A stretch of DNA of 64,000 nt from a virus (Duplodnaviria > Caudoviricetes), in IMG/VR virus record IMGVR_UViG_3300047539_000052, positions 4,310-68,309 of that record. The stretch is one strand, 5' to 3'. The position numbers and the translations under genes were made by a program. Of the stretch, positions 50,252 to 58,789 are shown in pieces (within the stretch, counting starts at the first letter, position 1; every line of letters begins with the position of its first letter). The notes beneath the pieces are model-generated. The model was given only the letters and a program-made list of their open reading frames with translations. It did not search any database and had not been told where the DNA came from.

Positions 50252-50566
50252 TTATCCCGGATTGATTGAAATGAGTGTAGCACGATCCGAATTTGGTTTC
50301 GCGGCGGCGAAATTGCTCCGGAGTGAAAACCGGGCGCACTCACTATTTTGCCGCTTCGCTCGGTCATCGCGCAGCCGCTCGTATCTGCACGTGGCAGCGA
50401 GGTAAAATCCGGGCAAGCCTTCAATATGCTTGGGCGGCCTTCCTCCTAATCTGCCATTCCTGGCACTAGCTTTAGCTTTGGCTTTACTGGTCACTCCAGC
50501 ATTTTTAGCTGCAATGCAGGAAGGACAAACTAATTGAGTGTGAGGATGAAGCTTGCAGTTTGGCAT
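50252..50566 (-). CDS. small basic protein
   Basis: SKAKAKASARNGRLGGRP motif; N-terminal Cys/His cluster. Confidence 0.6.
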   Translation of the reverse strand: MPNCKLHPHTQLVCPSCIAAKNAGVTSKAKAKASARNGRLGGRPPKHIEGLPGFYLAATCRYERLRDDRAKRQNSECARFSLRSNFAAAKPNSDRATLISINPG

Positions 50567-50701
50567 AAATGAATTCCCTTCTGAATATTGTGTGCTATGC
50601 TTTTTCGCGCGTCCGGCGTGATTTGCGACGTGTGCTCCTTTTCTGGGTTAGCTGCTTGAAAAAAGCTGTGCCAAAGCAAGATTTCACGCTTGGACGCTAA
50701 A

Positions 50702-50959
50702 TTAGCATTCCAGTTCTGCGGCTTCTTTCAACGTCAGCTCTTCCCCGCTGGAGTTTTCAAATCGGTATTCATCAGCCCTGTCGTGCCATGTGTACTTTGT
50801 TCGCTCCAGTCCGCAGACGGTGCAAGTGTCAGAGATCAGCACGTTGCCATTCCATCCGGGATTCCCCCTGATGTCATCGTTTCCCCATTCGTGATTGTTT
50901 TCAACTACTTCTAAGAGGGTTTCGGTGCGCGTCATCTTGTTGCTTTTCGGCGTTGCCAT
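50702..50959 (-). CDS. cassette gene, hypothetical protein
   Basis: RBS AAGGAG directly after hairpin E1. Confidence 0.65.
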   Translation of the reverse strand: MATPKSNKMTRTETLLEVVENNHEWGNDDIRGNPGWNGNVLISDTCTVCGLERTKYTWHDRADEYRFENSSGEELTLKEAAELEC

Positions 50960-50979
50960 AATGATTCTCCTTTTCGTTT

Positions 50980-51033
50980 TAGCTGCTCAGAACTGCGTCA
51001 AGTTCTAAAACCGGGCGCAGTCCTCAAAAGCTA
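50980..51033 (-). repeat. intergenic hairpin element E1
   Basis: TAGCT TTTGAGG ACTGCGCC-loop-GACGCAGT TCTGAGC AGCTA. Confidence 0.9.
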
Positions 51034-51327
51034 GTCGGTCACCATGTTGCAGCCATCCGGTCCTAGCTTGCTCAAAAGTTCCGACTCCTCGGCATCTATC
51101 GAATAGTAGATTTCCGTCCAGTCCTCCGCGTTTAATGATGCCTGCTCGCCGTCCACGATGGCCTGTTTGATCTCGCGCAAGTGATTGCGCCAGTCTTTCG
51201 ATTCGCGGTCACTGCCAGCGGTCACGGGTGATTTGATCTTGGCCTTGAGTGACGAAACGATCTGCGTCCACTCCAAATTCGTGATGACATCGCATGGCGT
51301 TGGGGCTACCTGCTGCTTGGGTTTCAT
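51031..51327 (-). CDS. cassette gene, hypothetical protein
   Basis: ATG 51327 after E2 and AAGGAG; TAG stop is the first triplet of E1. Confidence 0.65.
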   Translation of the reverse strand: MKPKQQVAPTPCDVITNLEWTQIVSSLKAKIKSPVTAGSDRESKDWRNHLREIKQAIVDGEQASLNAEDWTEIYYSIDAEESELLSKLGPDGCNMVTD

Positions 51328-51351
51328 GGGGCTGATTCTCCTTTTCAGTTT

Positions 51352-51406
51352 TAGCTGCTCAGAAGTGGGCCAAGTGGGAAAACCGGGCGCACTCCTCAAA
51401 AGCCTA
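51352..51406 (-). repeat. intergenic hairpin element E2
   Basis: TAGGCT TTTGAGG AGTGCGCC-loop-GGCCCACT TCTGAGC AGCTA. Confidence 0.9.
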
Positions 51407-51817
51407 ACGTTTCCCTTCCAATTCGCACGCTGTATCGTGTTCTTCGCCATACCATGAGCGATTCGCACAAGTGCAAAGGCTCTCATCCTGCTCATTCGTG
51501 ACCGGCCCCGGCCCTAAATTGATGCGCTCGCAAAGGTTGTTAATCTGCCTGTCGGTCAGCGGCTGCGTACCATCCTCGAAGTGCTCGAAGTCTTTTCGCT
51601 CGCCTTCTAGCGTTCTAGCTTGCCAATAGCGCAGCGCCGCCAAAATGGTTGCAACGTCTTCGTGGGACAGTTCGCCGTCAACGTATAGGCGCAAGTTGTC
51701 TGGGTTATGGCTGTTGCGCAGCGCTTGCGCGAGTGTCGGAGTCGTCGGTCTAAGCACTTCGGCTGCGGCTCCTGATATCTGATCCAGTGTCTGCTGTAAT
51801 CGTTTGCTTTTAGTCAT
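51404..51817 (-). CDS. cassette gene, hypothetical protein
   Basis: ATG 51817 after E3 and GAGGAG; TAG stop begins E2. Confidence 0.65.
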   Translation of the reverse strand: MTKSKRLQQTLDQISGAAAEVLRPTTPTLAQALRNSHNPDNLRLYVDGELSHEDVATILAALRYWQARTLEGERKDFEHFEDGTQPLTDRQINNLCERINLGPGPVTNEQDESLCTCANRSWYGEEHDTACELEGKR

Positions 51818-51838
51818 CTGAATTCTCCTCATTTGAAT

Positions 51839-51892
51839 TAGCTGCTCAGAAGTGGGCCAAGCGCGAATACCGGGCGCACTCCTCAATCGCTA
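51839..51892 (-). repeat. intergenic hairpin element E3
   Basis: TAGCG ATTGAGG AGTGCGCC-loop-GGCCCACT TCTGAGC AGCTA. Confidence 0.9.
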
Positions 51893-52573
51893 GGCTGCAA
51901 GTAGTTCTGTTTCCAAACGCTGCAAAGATTCCCGCACATTGTTATTCGAATCCTTTACGATGCGAGCGAAGTTTGGCGCGGCTGCATCTCCGGGCGCTTC
52001 AGACTTCCAAACGCGGGCTAACAGGTCGGCCGCTTGTGAACCTAATCCATACGTGCTGAATTCCAGCACCTTAGAGCGTGATAGAAAGCGATCCTCTAAG
52101 CCAGCCGTGGTATTGCAAGTAAAAATGAAGACCGTGGCCGGAGGCGGATTCGTGCCATCCAGTTTGCTCAATAGCGCGAGCTGTGCAGCGCTGCTCATCT
52201 TGTCCGCTTCGTCTACCAGAACAAGGTGCATCTTCAATCCGCTCATGGGCACGTAATGGCACGAGTAGCACGCACGATCCAGGTTTGCGATATTACACTC
52301 CTGCGATGGAATGTGATGCAGCTCTGCCGGAATTGCGGCGGCCAGGGCGAGCGCCATTGTAGTTTTGCCCGTACCGGCTGCGCCACAAAACAGGAATGAC
52401 GTGGGATAAGGACTGGCCGCGAACTTGGCCATGATCCTTTTCTGCTTTTCCAGGCCGGCGAAGTCTTCAAACTGGCGCGGCTGATACTTCATGGTTAAGG
52501 ACTGCGGGAAATCGAATCCAGTTTGCAGGATTGCCGCATCTGGCGCGGCCGGAGAACTTAATTGCAATTCCAT
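51890..52573 (-). CDS. AAA+ ATPase, clamp-loader (RFC/DnaX)-like
   Basis: KYQPRQFEDFAG, GAAGTGKT (Walker A), LVDEADKM (Walker B), FIFTCN, RFLSR. Confidence 0.85.
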   Translation of the reverse strand: MELQLSSPAAPDAAILQTGFDFPQSLTMKYQPRQFEDFAGLEKQKRIMAKFAASPYPTSFLFCGAAGTGKTTMALALAAAIPAELHHIPSQECNIANLDRACYSCHYVPMSGLKMHLVLVDEADKMSSAAQLALLSKLDGTNPPPATVFIFTCNTTAGLEDRFLSRSKVLEFSTYGLGSQAADLLARVWKSEAPGDAAAPNFARIVKDSNNNVRESLQRLETELLAA

Positions 52574-52611
52574 GATCGTGCTCCTGATTCAGAGTTAGCT
52601 GCTCTGGTAGT

Positions 52612-52640
52612 AAGCTAGTCCGAATAGGATAAACTGTCAA
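52612..52640 (-). promoter_or_regulatory. leftward sigma70-like promoter PL
   Basis: TTGACA-17 bp-TAGCTT; followed by AGCAGCTAA at 52595..52603. Confidence 0.75.
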
Positions 52641-52876
52641 GAGGAAAATCGAATTTATTTTTCGCGGCGGGAATCTTCAACAAGCCTGAAAACGGGGCGC
52701 ACTCAGAATTACTACCTGTTTCCTTTGCGATCTACTCGGACGGCGAGCGAGCGCCAGGTTTTGGAATCATGGCCAGCACACATATAAAGGATGAGCGCTC
52801 GAAACCTGCGAATTCCCTGCTAGGCAATTCCTACACAGCTCTAAACGAAATAAATAGGACACAATGCAATTAGCTA

Positions 52877-52906
52877 TTGACAGTTTATCCTATTGTACTG
52901 TAGGTT
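52877..52906 (+). promoter_or_regulatory. rightward sigma70-like promoter PR
   Basis: TTGACA-18 bp-TAGGTT; first 18 nt identical to PL; followed by AGCAGCTAA at 52914..52922. Confidence 0.75.
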
Positions 52907-52946
52907 AGTAAGTAGCAGCTAACCTTCGGACTCGGAGAATAAGACA

Positions 52947-54053
52947 ATGGCTCACAATATCTGGCAGCGTAATGGTGTAGCACATATGTTTTGCGTTGGA
53001 AACCGTGAAGCAGCCTGGCACAAACTAGGCCAGCGCACCGATGGCGCAGTGAACTGGATGGAAGCCATGACGTTAGCTGGTCTGGATTGGACCGTGGAAA
53101 AACAACAGCTCTATCTGCCGGTCGGATCAGACTTCGCTGCAATACCGGCATGGGGAATCGTGCGCAGCACAGACAAAGCATACTTGGGCACGGTGGGAGC
53201 ACAGTATCAGACAATCCAGAATGAATACGCTTTTGATTTCGTAGACGCGCTAATTGAGAGCGAGACGGGCGCACATTACGAGAGCGCTGGCGCTTTGGGC
53301 AATGGCGAGCGCATTTGGTGCTTGGCCAAAGTTCCTCAGACGATCATGGTAGCAGGCGAAGACAAGAGCGAAGTGTACTTGCTTTTCACGACTAGCCATG
53401 ATGGCAGCATGGCAGCTACAGCGAAGATGTCCACGGTTCGGGTAGTGTGCCAAAACACGCTAAATATGGCGCTTTCTGCTGGTGGCGCCATGGTGCGAGT
53501 GAAGCACACGCGCGATGCAGAGCGCCGTCTGGATCATGCGAAGCGCTTAATGCAAGGTGTCGGAGCGGATGCCAAAGCGCTCGAAGAGAAGCTAAACCTG
53601 TTAGCCGCGCGCAAGATGACGCGCGAAACAATGGCCAGCATCTTCGACCGTTTGTTCCCTAAGCCAAAGGATACCGAATCCAATACCACGCGCCGTGAAA
53701 ACGTGCTCGCCGATATTCTCCGCCTGTACGAATCGAATGATAAAAATGCTTTTCCCGTCATTCGTGGCAGCGCTTATAACCTTTTGAACGCTGTGACGGA
53801 GTACACCGACCATGAACGATCTGCTCGAATCACAGACGGCCGGAAGGACTATAGCGTAGAGAAAGCACGCGCGGAAAATGCACTTGTGGGAACCGGTGAC
53901 CGGCTGAAGAGTGAAGCGCTCGAAGTGATCCTGCAATCTACGGATGGCGCGCCATTGATGCCAGCACGCGCAATCTATTCGCGGCCGATCGTTCCACAGT
54001 CTGCGCCCGGATCTGGCAGTCTGCTGGATTCCGTTATTTCACAATATAACTAG
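52947..54053 (+). CDS. DUF932 / TIGR03299-family phage-plasmid protein
   Basis: REAAWHKLG, Y..IQN...F.F.D, ESAGALGNGERIW, LLFTTSHDGS, RVVCQNTL, NAVTEY.DH. Confidence 0.9.
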   Translation: MAHNIWQRNGVAHMFCVGNREAAWHKLGQRTDGAVNWMEAMTLAGLDWTVEKQQLYLPVGSDFAAIPAWGIVRSTDKAYLGTVGAQYQTIQNEYAFDFVDALIESETGAHYESAGALGNGERIWCLAKVPQTIMVAGEDKSEVYLLFTTSHDGSMAATAKMSTVRVVCQNTLNMALSAGGAMVRVKHTRDAERRLDHAKRLMQGVGADAKALEEKLNLLAARKMTRETMASIFDRLFPKPKDTESNTTRRENVLADILRLYESNDKNAFPVIRGSAYNLLNAVTEYTDHERSARITDGRKDYSVEKARAENALVGTGDRLKSEALEVILQSTDGAPLMPARAIYSRPIVPQSAPGSGSLLDSVISQYN

Positions 54054-54104
54054 CTTCTGAGGACCGCATCCGAGCTTACGCTTTGGTGCGGTTTTGAGCA
54101 GCTA
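54051..54104 (+). repeat. intergenic hairpin element E4
   Basis: TAGCT TCTGAGG ACCGCAT-loop-GTGCGGT TTTGAGC AGCTA. Confidence 0.9.
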
Positions 54105-54126
54105 ATCCAAATGAGGAGAAATTCAG

Positions 54127-54379
54127 ATGATTACCTATCATGTCGGCGAGTCTCGAAACGGAAGGATTAAATTCACTACGGATGTCGATTGTCTCAGTCC
54201 TGACATCATCCGCTATAGCACGCAAGTCTTCCCAGATCGTAACGCGGGTACTGGATCAAGCTGGAATCCTGGTCACGCGCGGATTCGACGTTTGCATTGA
54301 CGATGAAACGGGATGCGATGAGCTGCGCCCGTACCGTGTAGACGGAAGGATCACGGGCTATGTTTTCGCTGAAAACTAG
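54127..54379 (+). CDS. cassette gene, hypothetical, probably one frameshift near 54240
   Basis: ATG 54127 after GAGGAG; the frame ending at the TAG of E5 is offset by one base. Confidence 0.45.
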
Positions 54380-54432
54380 CTTCTGAGGATTGCGCCCGGA
54401 TTCTCTCATCTTGGCGCAATTTTGAGCAGCTA
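54377..54432 (+). repeat. intergenic hairpin element E5
   Basis: TAGCT TCTGAGG ATTGCGCC-loop-GGCGCAAT TTTGAGC AGCTA. Confidence 0.9.
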
Positions 54433-54452
54433 ACTCAAAACGGAGGCACATT

Positions 54453-54911
54453 ATGACTAGCGCGGACATGGTAACGGATTTCAAACTGAGAAGTGACTTT
54501 TACGAGACGCCCGTGGGCACGTTCGAGTATTATGCGCACGCGGAAGAGGCTTGCAAGCGCTGTGACTTTGCGCCCGAGCTGTGTATCACGCATCGCGTGG
54601 AAATGGCCACAATTCAATCGCTCCTCAAAGCAATCAACGCACATTGCGGGAAAATGGCAGAAGAGTATGACTTTTCTACCTACCGCGTTACGGGTTTCAT
54701 TCCTGAGAAGTATTGGAATCTTGTAGCCTTTGCCGTGGAAGGCGGAAGCGAAGGCTATTACATTCACGTTGGAGCGATCACGCGCCAGGAGCGCCAAGAC
54801 GATGCGCCAGCATACATAGACTTTGGCTGCGCCAAGACGTACAGCTCCGACAGCGCTTATGCAATGGCCAAAGAAGTATCTCGTTTCCTTTCGGCGGCTG
54901 CTTGGAATTAG
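54453..54911 (+). CDS. cassette gene, hypothetical protein
   Basis: RBS GGAGG after E5; ends TAGCT. Confidence 0.7.
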   Translation: MTSADMVTDFKLRSDFYETPVGTFEYYAHAEEACKRCDFAPELCITHRVEMATIQSLLKAINAHCGKMAEEYDFSTYRVTGFIPEKYWNLVAFAVEGGSEGYYIHVGAITRQERQDDAPAYIDFGCAKTYSSDSAYAMAKEVSRFLSAAAWN

Positions 54912-55785
54912 CTTGTTTAGGTTCCCTATCGCGCCAGCGCTTCCCCAAACGCTGGCGCATTTTCTTGCGTGCTAGAATCTTCGGCATGGAAGATAGCTTC
55001 CCGCATCCTATCGCGCCCCGGAATCGTAATTCCCTCACGATGACGCGGCGAGCTGTGCCGATCTCCCACCAGCGCGCCAAAGATGCTGCGATGCGTTTGA
55101 TTCATTCTCACTTCGGACAACCAGACCATGCGCGAATCTCGATTCCGCTCAACCTGGACGATGATGACGTGGTAATCATGGATTACATAGAGCAACAGCT
55201 CATTCGAGAGCTAGACCTGGACAGCGCTCGCCCCAAACTGGCCAGCGATTACATCCCGCCCAAGCGCTCGAGCTGATCTTGGCCAGCGCTTCCCTTTCTG
55301 CCAGCGATTCGCAAGCCATTGGCGCACGATCCGCGCAAGCTCTCAAGGCGAAGGATCAGCGAAGTTTATTCTGTACACATTTGTAAAGACTCCAAGTGGT
55401 ACGCTAACTCGGATGGTACGAAACCCTCCAAATATAGGGCCATGTGACATGCCTTAATGCTGTATTATCAGCGGGATAGGGGTATGGGGTCACATCTCTC
55501 GGGCCAAGGGCGCTGCGACCGGCTTGCAGTTTCGCACGAAAACCCGCACCGAATGAAAAACGCCGAAATGAGGTTTTTGCATGGAATGGCAAGATGAAGC
55601 GATCGCTCATCTCGAAGCCGTCCGCCGGCTGATCGAAGCGCAGAAAGAATCGTATACGTTTGCCGGCTGCGCCATTCAGGAAGTGGAAGCGCTGAAGGTT
55701 TACGTCCTCGAAGTGTTTCCAAGGTCGGGTTCTATCTCCTCAGATTGCTAGGAGTTACGGAGTTACCTCGGTAACAGGAGAATTT

Positions 55786-56439
55786 TTGATGAAACAGGCA
55801 GAATGGTTTGCGACACGGTTCCTTTCTTTCTCGGCGCTCGCCGAATTTTCTCTACTCGTGTCGACATGGTCTGTTCCGGCGACGTCCGGCAACCAAACGC
55901 ATCCCTGGTCGCAGTACTCCGTTCCAAATCCATCCCTATTCATGCTATCCAGTCATCGCTGCAATCGCGATTGCCGCCGCCACGGCTGCCGCTTTCCCGC
56001 GTCCAGCGAAACCGCGTCATGCTTTCTCGTGCCCGTCGAGATCGAATCCATTCCCCTCTATCACTTGAATCAGAATCAGAGTCTTGCCACGCGCTATGAG
56101 GTAACAAAAATCCAGGCTTTCGCTATGCAGGCTGCGGGGCGGGGAAAGTTCATCAATCATAAACGCGCTTTTCAACTTGCGGAACTAGAGCCTCTGCTGC
56201 ACCAGTTTGTGTGCAGTTCCTCGTCCGACTCCAGAGCCAGTATTTCCCTGAGCGAGATTCAGGCAAATGTCGGCATCACGCCAAATAGTGCCAGTCCGAA
56301 CGAACCTCCCCTACGGCACTTGGTATTGAGAGCACAGCAGAAGATCAACGCGATCGGCCGGCGCCTGGAGGGAACGTATGACCCGAAGGCACCGTTAGCG
56401 TTTGGATCGTGGCCACAGGTCGGGGCATCTTTAGCGTGA
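55786..56439 (+). CDS. hypothetical protein
   Basis: 217-aa ORF after CAGGAG; start uncertain. Confidence 0.4.
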   Translation: MMKQAEWFATRFLSFSALAEFSLLVSTWSVPATSGNQTHPWSQYSVPNPSLFMLSSHRCNRDCRRHGCRFPASSETASCFLVPVEIESIPLYHLNQNQSLATRYEVTKIQAFAMQAAGRGKFINHKRAFQLAELEPLLHQFVCSSSSDSRASISLSEIQANVGITPNSASPNEPPLRHLVLRAQQKINAIGRRLEGTYDPKAPLAFGSWPQVGASLA

Positions 56440-56900
56440 TTTATTTTGGTCGTTCCGTCCGATCAGACATTTGACGAAGTCGTTGACCTGATTGACCGCG
56501 TACTGTTGCGGGCTCGACCAGGCGGCGAAACGCTATCGGATGAGATGTGCCAGATCCTAGCCGCCATTGTCTTCGATTCCTATGAACTCTTCCCTGCGAT
56601 CAAGGCCCATCGTGAGCCTGGCCACTCTCGAGCGGGCTAGGAAACTTGGGACGTTGAATAAAGATGACCGCACGCCGCAGTATGATGGGGCGGAGTCCGC
56701 GAAACCGGAGAAACTGCTCGAAGCGGTCAATGTGCAGGGAAATCACATTCGCAAGCTTCAGAAAAGCGCCGGAGAGATCCAGCAGCAGGTCTTCAACTTG
56801 AAACTGCGCAACGCGATTGTGGTAGCGATCATCACGGCGGGGCTGACGCGAGCGCCGGAGATTCTGGGAATTCTGACTCGGTTGTTTCGATAAAGACTTT

Positions 56901-57122
56901 ATGAGCGCATCGGTGGCTGTAATTCATCCCGTTCTAGCGCCAGCCGAAGTGCGGGCCTTGCAACTGGCGGCGGATGGGGAGAGTTGCGGATCGAGCGCGA
57001 GGCTTCTGGGACTGGCTTTGGCCACGCTCAAGAATCAACGGCATTCCGCCTGCTTAAAGCTCGGAGCGGATAATACCTGCCACGCGGTTGCGCAAGCGAT
57101 TCGCCGGGGCTTGATTCAGTGA
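56901..57122 (+). CDS. stand-alone LuxR-type HTH regulator
   Basis: LAPAEVRALQLAADG.S....ARLLGLA..T.K.....KLGA....AVAQAIRRGLI. Confidence 0.8.
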   Translation: MSASVAVIHPVLAPAEVRALQLAADGESCGSSARLLGLALATLKNQRHSACLKLGADNTCHAVAQAIRRGLIQ

Positions 57123-57721
57123 AGAAGCTCTCGTATGGGAAGAAGATCCGCCGAACCCTGCGAACGCCTCTGGGCCGACTGCTTACGCCGGACGGCCTGG
57201 AAGCAGTTTTGAAGCAGGAAGCGGAACGAGTTCGCGTTCGAGCTGCGCTGCTCGATCTTACCTGGCCGGAGCGCCAACGGATCTCACTCCGTCCTCCGCA
57301 GATTTGTCCCGAGTGCGGAAAGATAACCGATGGCTCAAGATTTTGTGAAGCTCATCAGCTTAAAAATCGGTCGTTACGAGATGGCGCTGATCGCAGTCGA
57401 GTCCGACGCGAAGATGGCTTCAAGCGACTTTACGACTCCTGGGCCTGGCGCGGGCGAAGAGGGATCCGGAGACAGGTCTTAGCGCGTGATCCTTTCTGCC
57501 AGATTGGGATATTGTGCGAGGGCCGCGGATTCAGCGTGGACGTGGATCACATCATTCGGGCAGAAGTGTATATCGCACAGCATGGCGGCGATTCCGGAAT
57601 GTTCTTTGATCTGGATAATTTACGAGGATCGTGCCATGAAGACCACGCAAGGAAAACGTCTTTAGAAAATCGCGGACTGTGGGATGAGCGAGAAGTAGTG
57701 AAGGCTTTAGCCAGCATCTAG
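57119..57721 (+). CDS. terminase-associated HNH endonuclease (HK97 gp74-like) with N-terminal extension
   Basis: QVLARDPFCQ..C.....VDHII...DLDNLRGSCHEDHARKT, upstream of terS. Confidence 0.85.
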   Translation: MKKLSYGKKIRRTLRTPLGRLLTPDGLEAVLKQEAERVRVRAALLDLTWPERQRISLRPPQICPECGKITDGSRFCEAHQLKNRSLRDGADRSRVRREDGFKRLYDSWAWRGRRGIRRQVLARDPFCQIGILCEGRGFSVDVDHIIRAEVYIAQHGGDSGMFFDLDNLRGSCHEDHARKTSLENRGLWDEREVVKALASI

Positions 57722-57970
57722 GTCGCCGTCCTGGTTAAACGTGACGATCTCTTCCGGTTCACGACCAAGAACTTCTGATAGTTCTTCTATCGCATCCTGC
57801 CGCGAGAAGCCAATGGCTGTGGTGGCCGGAATCCACACTTTCGATGTTTCCCGCTCTATCACGCCCACGAAGAAATGCTCCTCCGAAAAGACGTGGCGCA
57901 GAGCATCTTTCAGTTCCTCTTCCTCAAGATAAACTGTCTCGAAATATCGATGGACAACAGCGGCGTACAT
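57707..57970 (-). CDS. antisense moron, acidic hypothetical protein
   Basis: TACAAT -10 element 9 nt before ATG. Confidence 0.55.
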   Translation of the reverse strand: MYAAVVHRYFETVYLEEEELKDALRHVFSEEHFFVGVIERETSKVWIPATTAIGFSRQDAIEELSEVLGREPEEIVTFNQDGDLDAG

Positions 57971-58017
57971 AGTGAGCGAATTGTACGCTGTGCATCAGGA
58001 AGCGAGAAAAGCATTTT

Positions 58018-58545
58018 ATGGGCGGCGTTCGAGGTCGATCAGGCGGCAAGAATCGTAAAACGCTGGCGCAGAAGCTGCGGGACGGCAATCCGGGCAAACG
58101 GAAACTGAACCGGAAGGAACGGCAGGCACTCCCCGGCGAGCCGAAGTTGCCGAGCGGCATGACCCGAGAAGCGCAAGCGGTATGGCCGGAGATTGTGGCC
58201 ATCCTGAAAGAGAATAATGCGCTGTTTATCACGGACGGACTAGCCATTGCGGCTTTGTGCTCCAGTTTTGTACTCTTCCGCAAAGCAGAGACGGCAATTG
58301 AAAAGTCTGGGGCTTTTAACGTTACCGTGGATGAAAAAACTGGAATCGGAGAATTAAGAACTTCTCCAGCCGTGCGAGTGCGAAGCGATGCTCTGAAGCA
58401 CATGCGGGCAGGTTGGCAGGCCTTTGGACTGGATCCAGTATCACGATCGGGATTGAGTGTGGGGAAGATCCCGGACAGACAGCCGGAGACGGCACTGGAT
58501 GCGATTTTACGAGCAAAAAGCGCCGGTGATGACGTGGTCAATTAA
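58018..58545 (+). CDS. terS: terminase small subunit (P27 family)
   Basis: GNPGKRKLN..EP, A.AVW..I...L, SPAV, FGLDP.SRSGL. Confidence 0.9.
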   Translation: MGGVRGRSGGKNRKTLAQKLRDGNPGKRKLNRKERQALPGEPKLPSGMTREAQAVWPEIVAILKENNALFITDGLAIAALCSSFVLFRKAETAIEKSGAFNVTVDEKTGIGELRTSPAVRVRSDALKHMRAGWQAFGLDPVSRSGLSVGKIPDRQPETALDAILRAKSAGDDVVN

Positions 58546-58669
58546 GTGGTTGAAATGGCGATTCTGGGATCGAATTAGCTTGGCCACGGCAGTGCGTCAC
58601 GGCGTTCCCTTAGAAGTTTGGGAGAAATGGCAGAGGGAATGGTTGGCGCTGGAATCTAAGAAATCGTGA
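58529..58669 (+). CDS. Trp-rich mini-gene between the two terS 3' copies
   Basis: MTWSIKWLKWRFWDRISL...EWLALESKKS; start uncertain. Confidence 0.35.
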   Translation: MTWSIKWLKWRFWDRISLATAVRHGVPLEVWEKWQREWLALESKKS

Positions 58670-58680
58670 TCCAGCACAAA

Positions 58681-58787
58681 TATCACGATCTGGATTGAGT
58701 GTGGGGAAGATTCCAGACAGACAGCCGGAGACAGCACTGGATGCGATCCTGCGAGCGAAGAGTGCAGGGGATGACGTGGTGAATTAA
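58681..58787 (+). repeat. displaced second copy of the terS 3' end (58439..58545)
   Basis: Same 34 amino acids plus stop; 13 substitutions, all synonymous; no start in frame. Confidence 0.95.
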
Positions 58788-58789
58788 AC

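Noticed and set aside
50980-54432. Classical integron
   Set aside because: No IntI-type integrase adjacent and the hairpins lack GTTRRRY/RYYYAAC cores; kept only as an architectural analogy.
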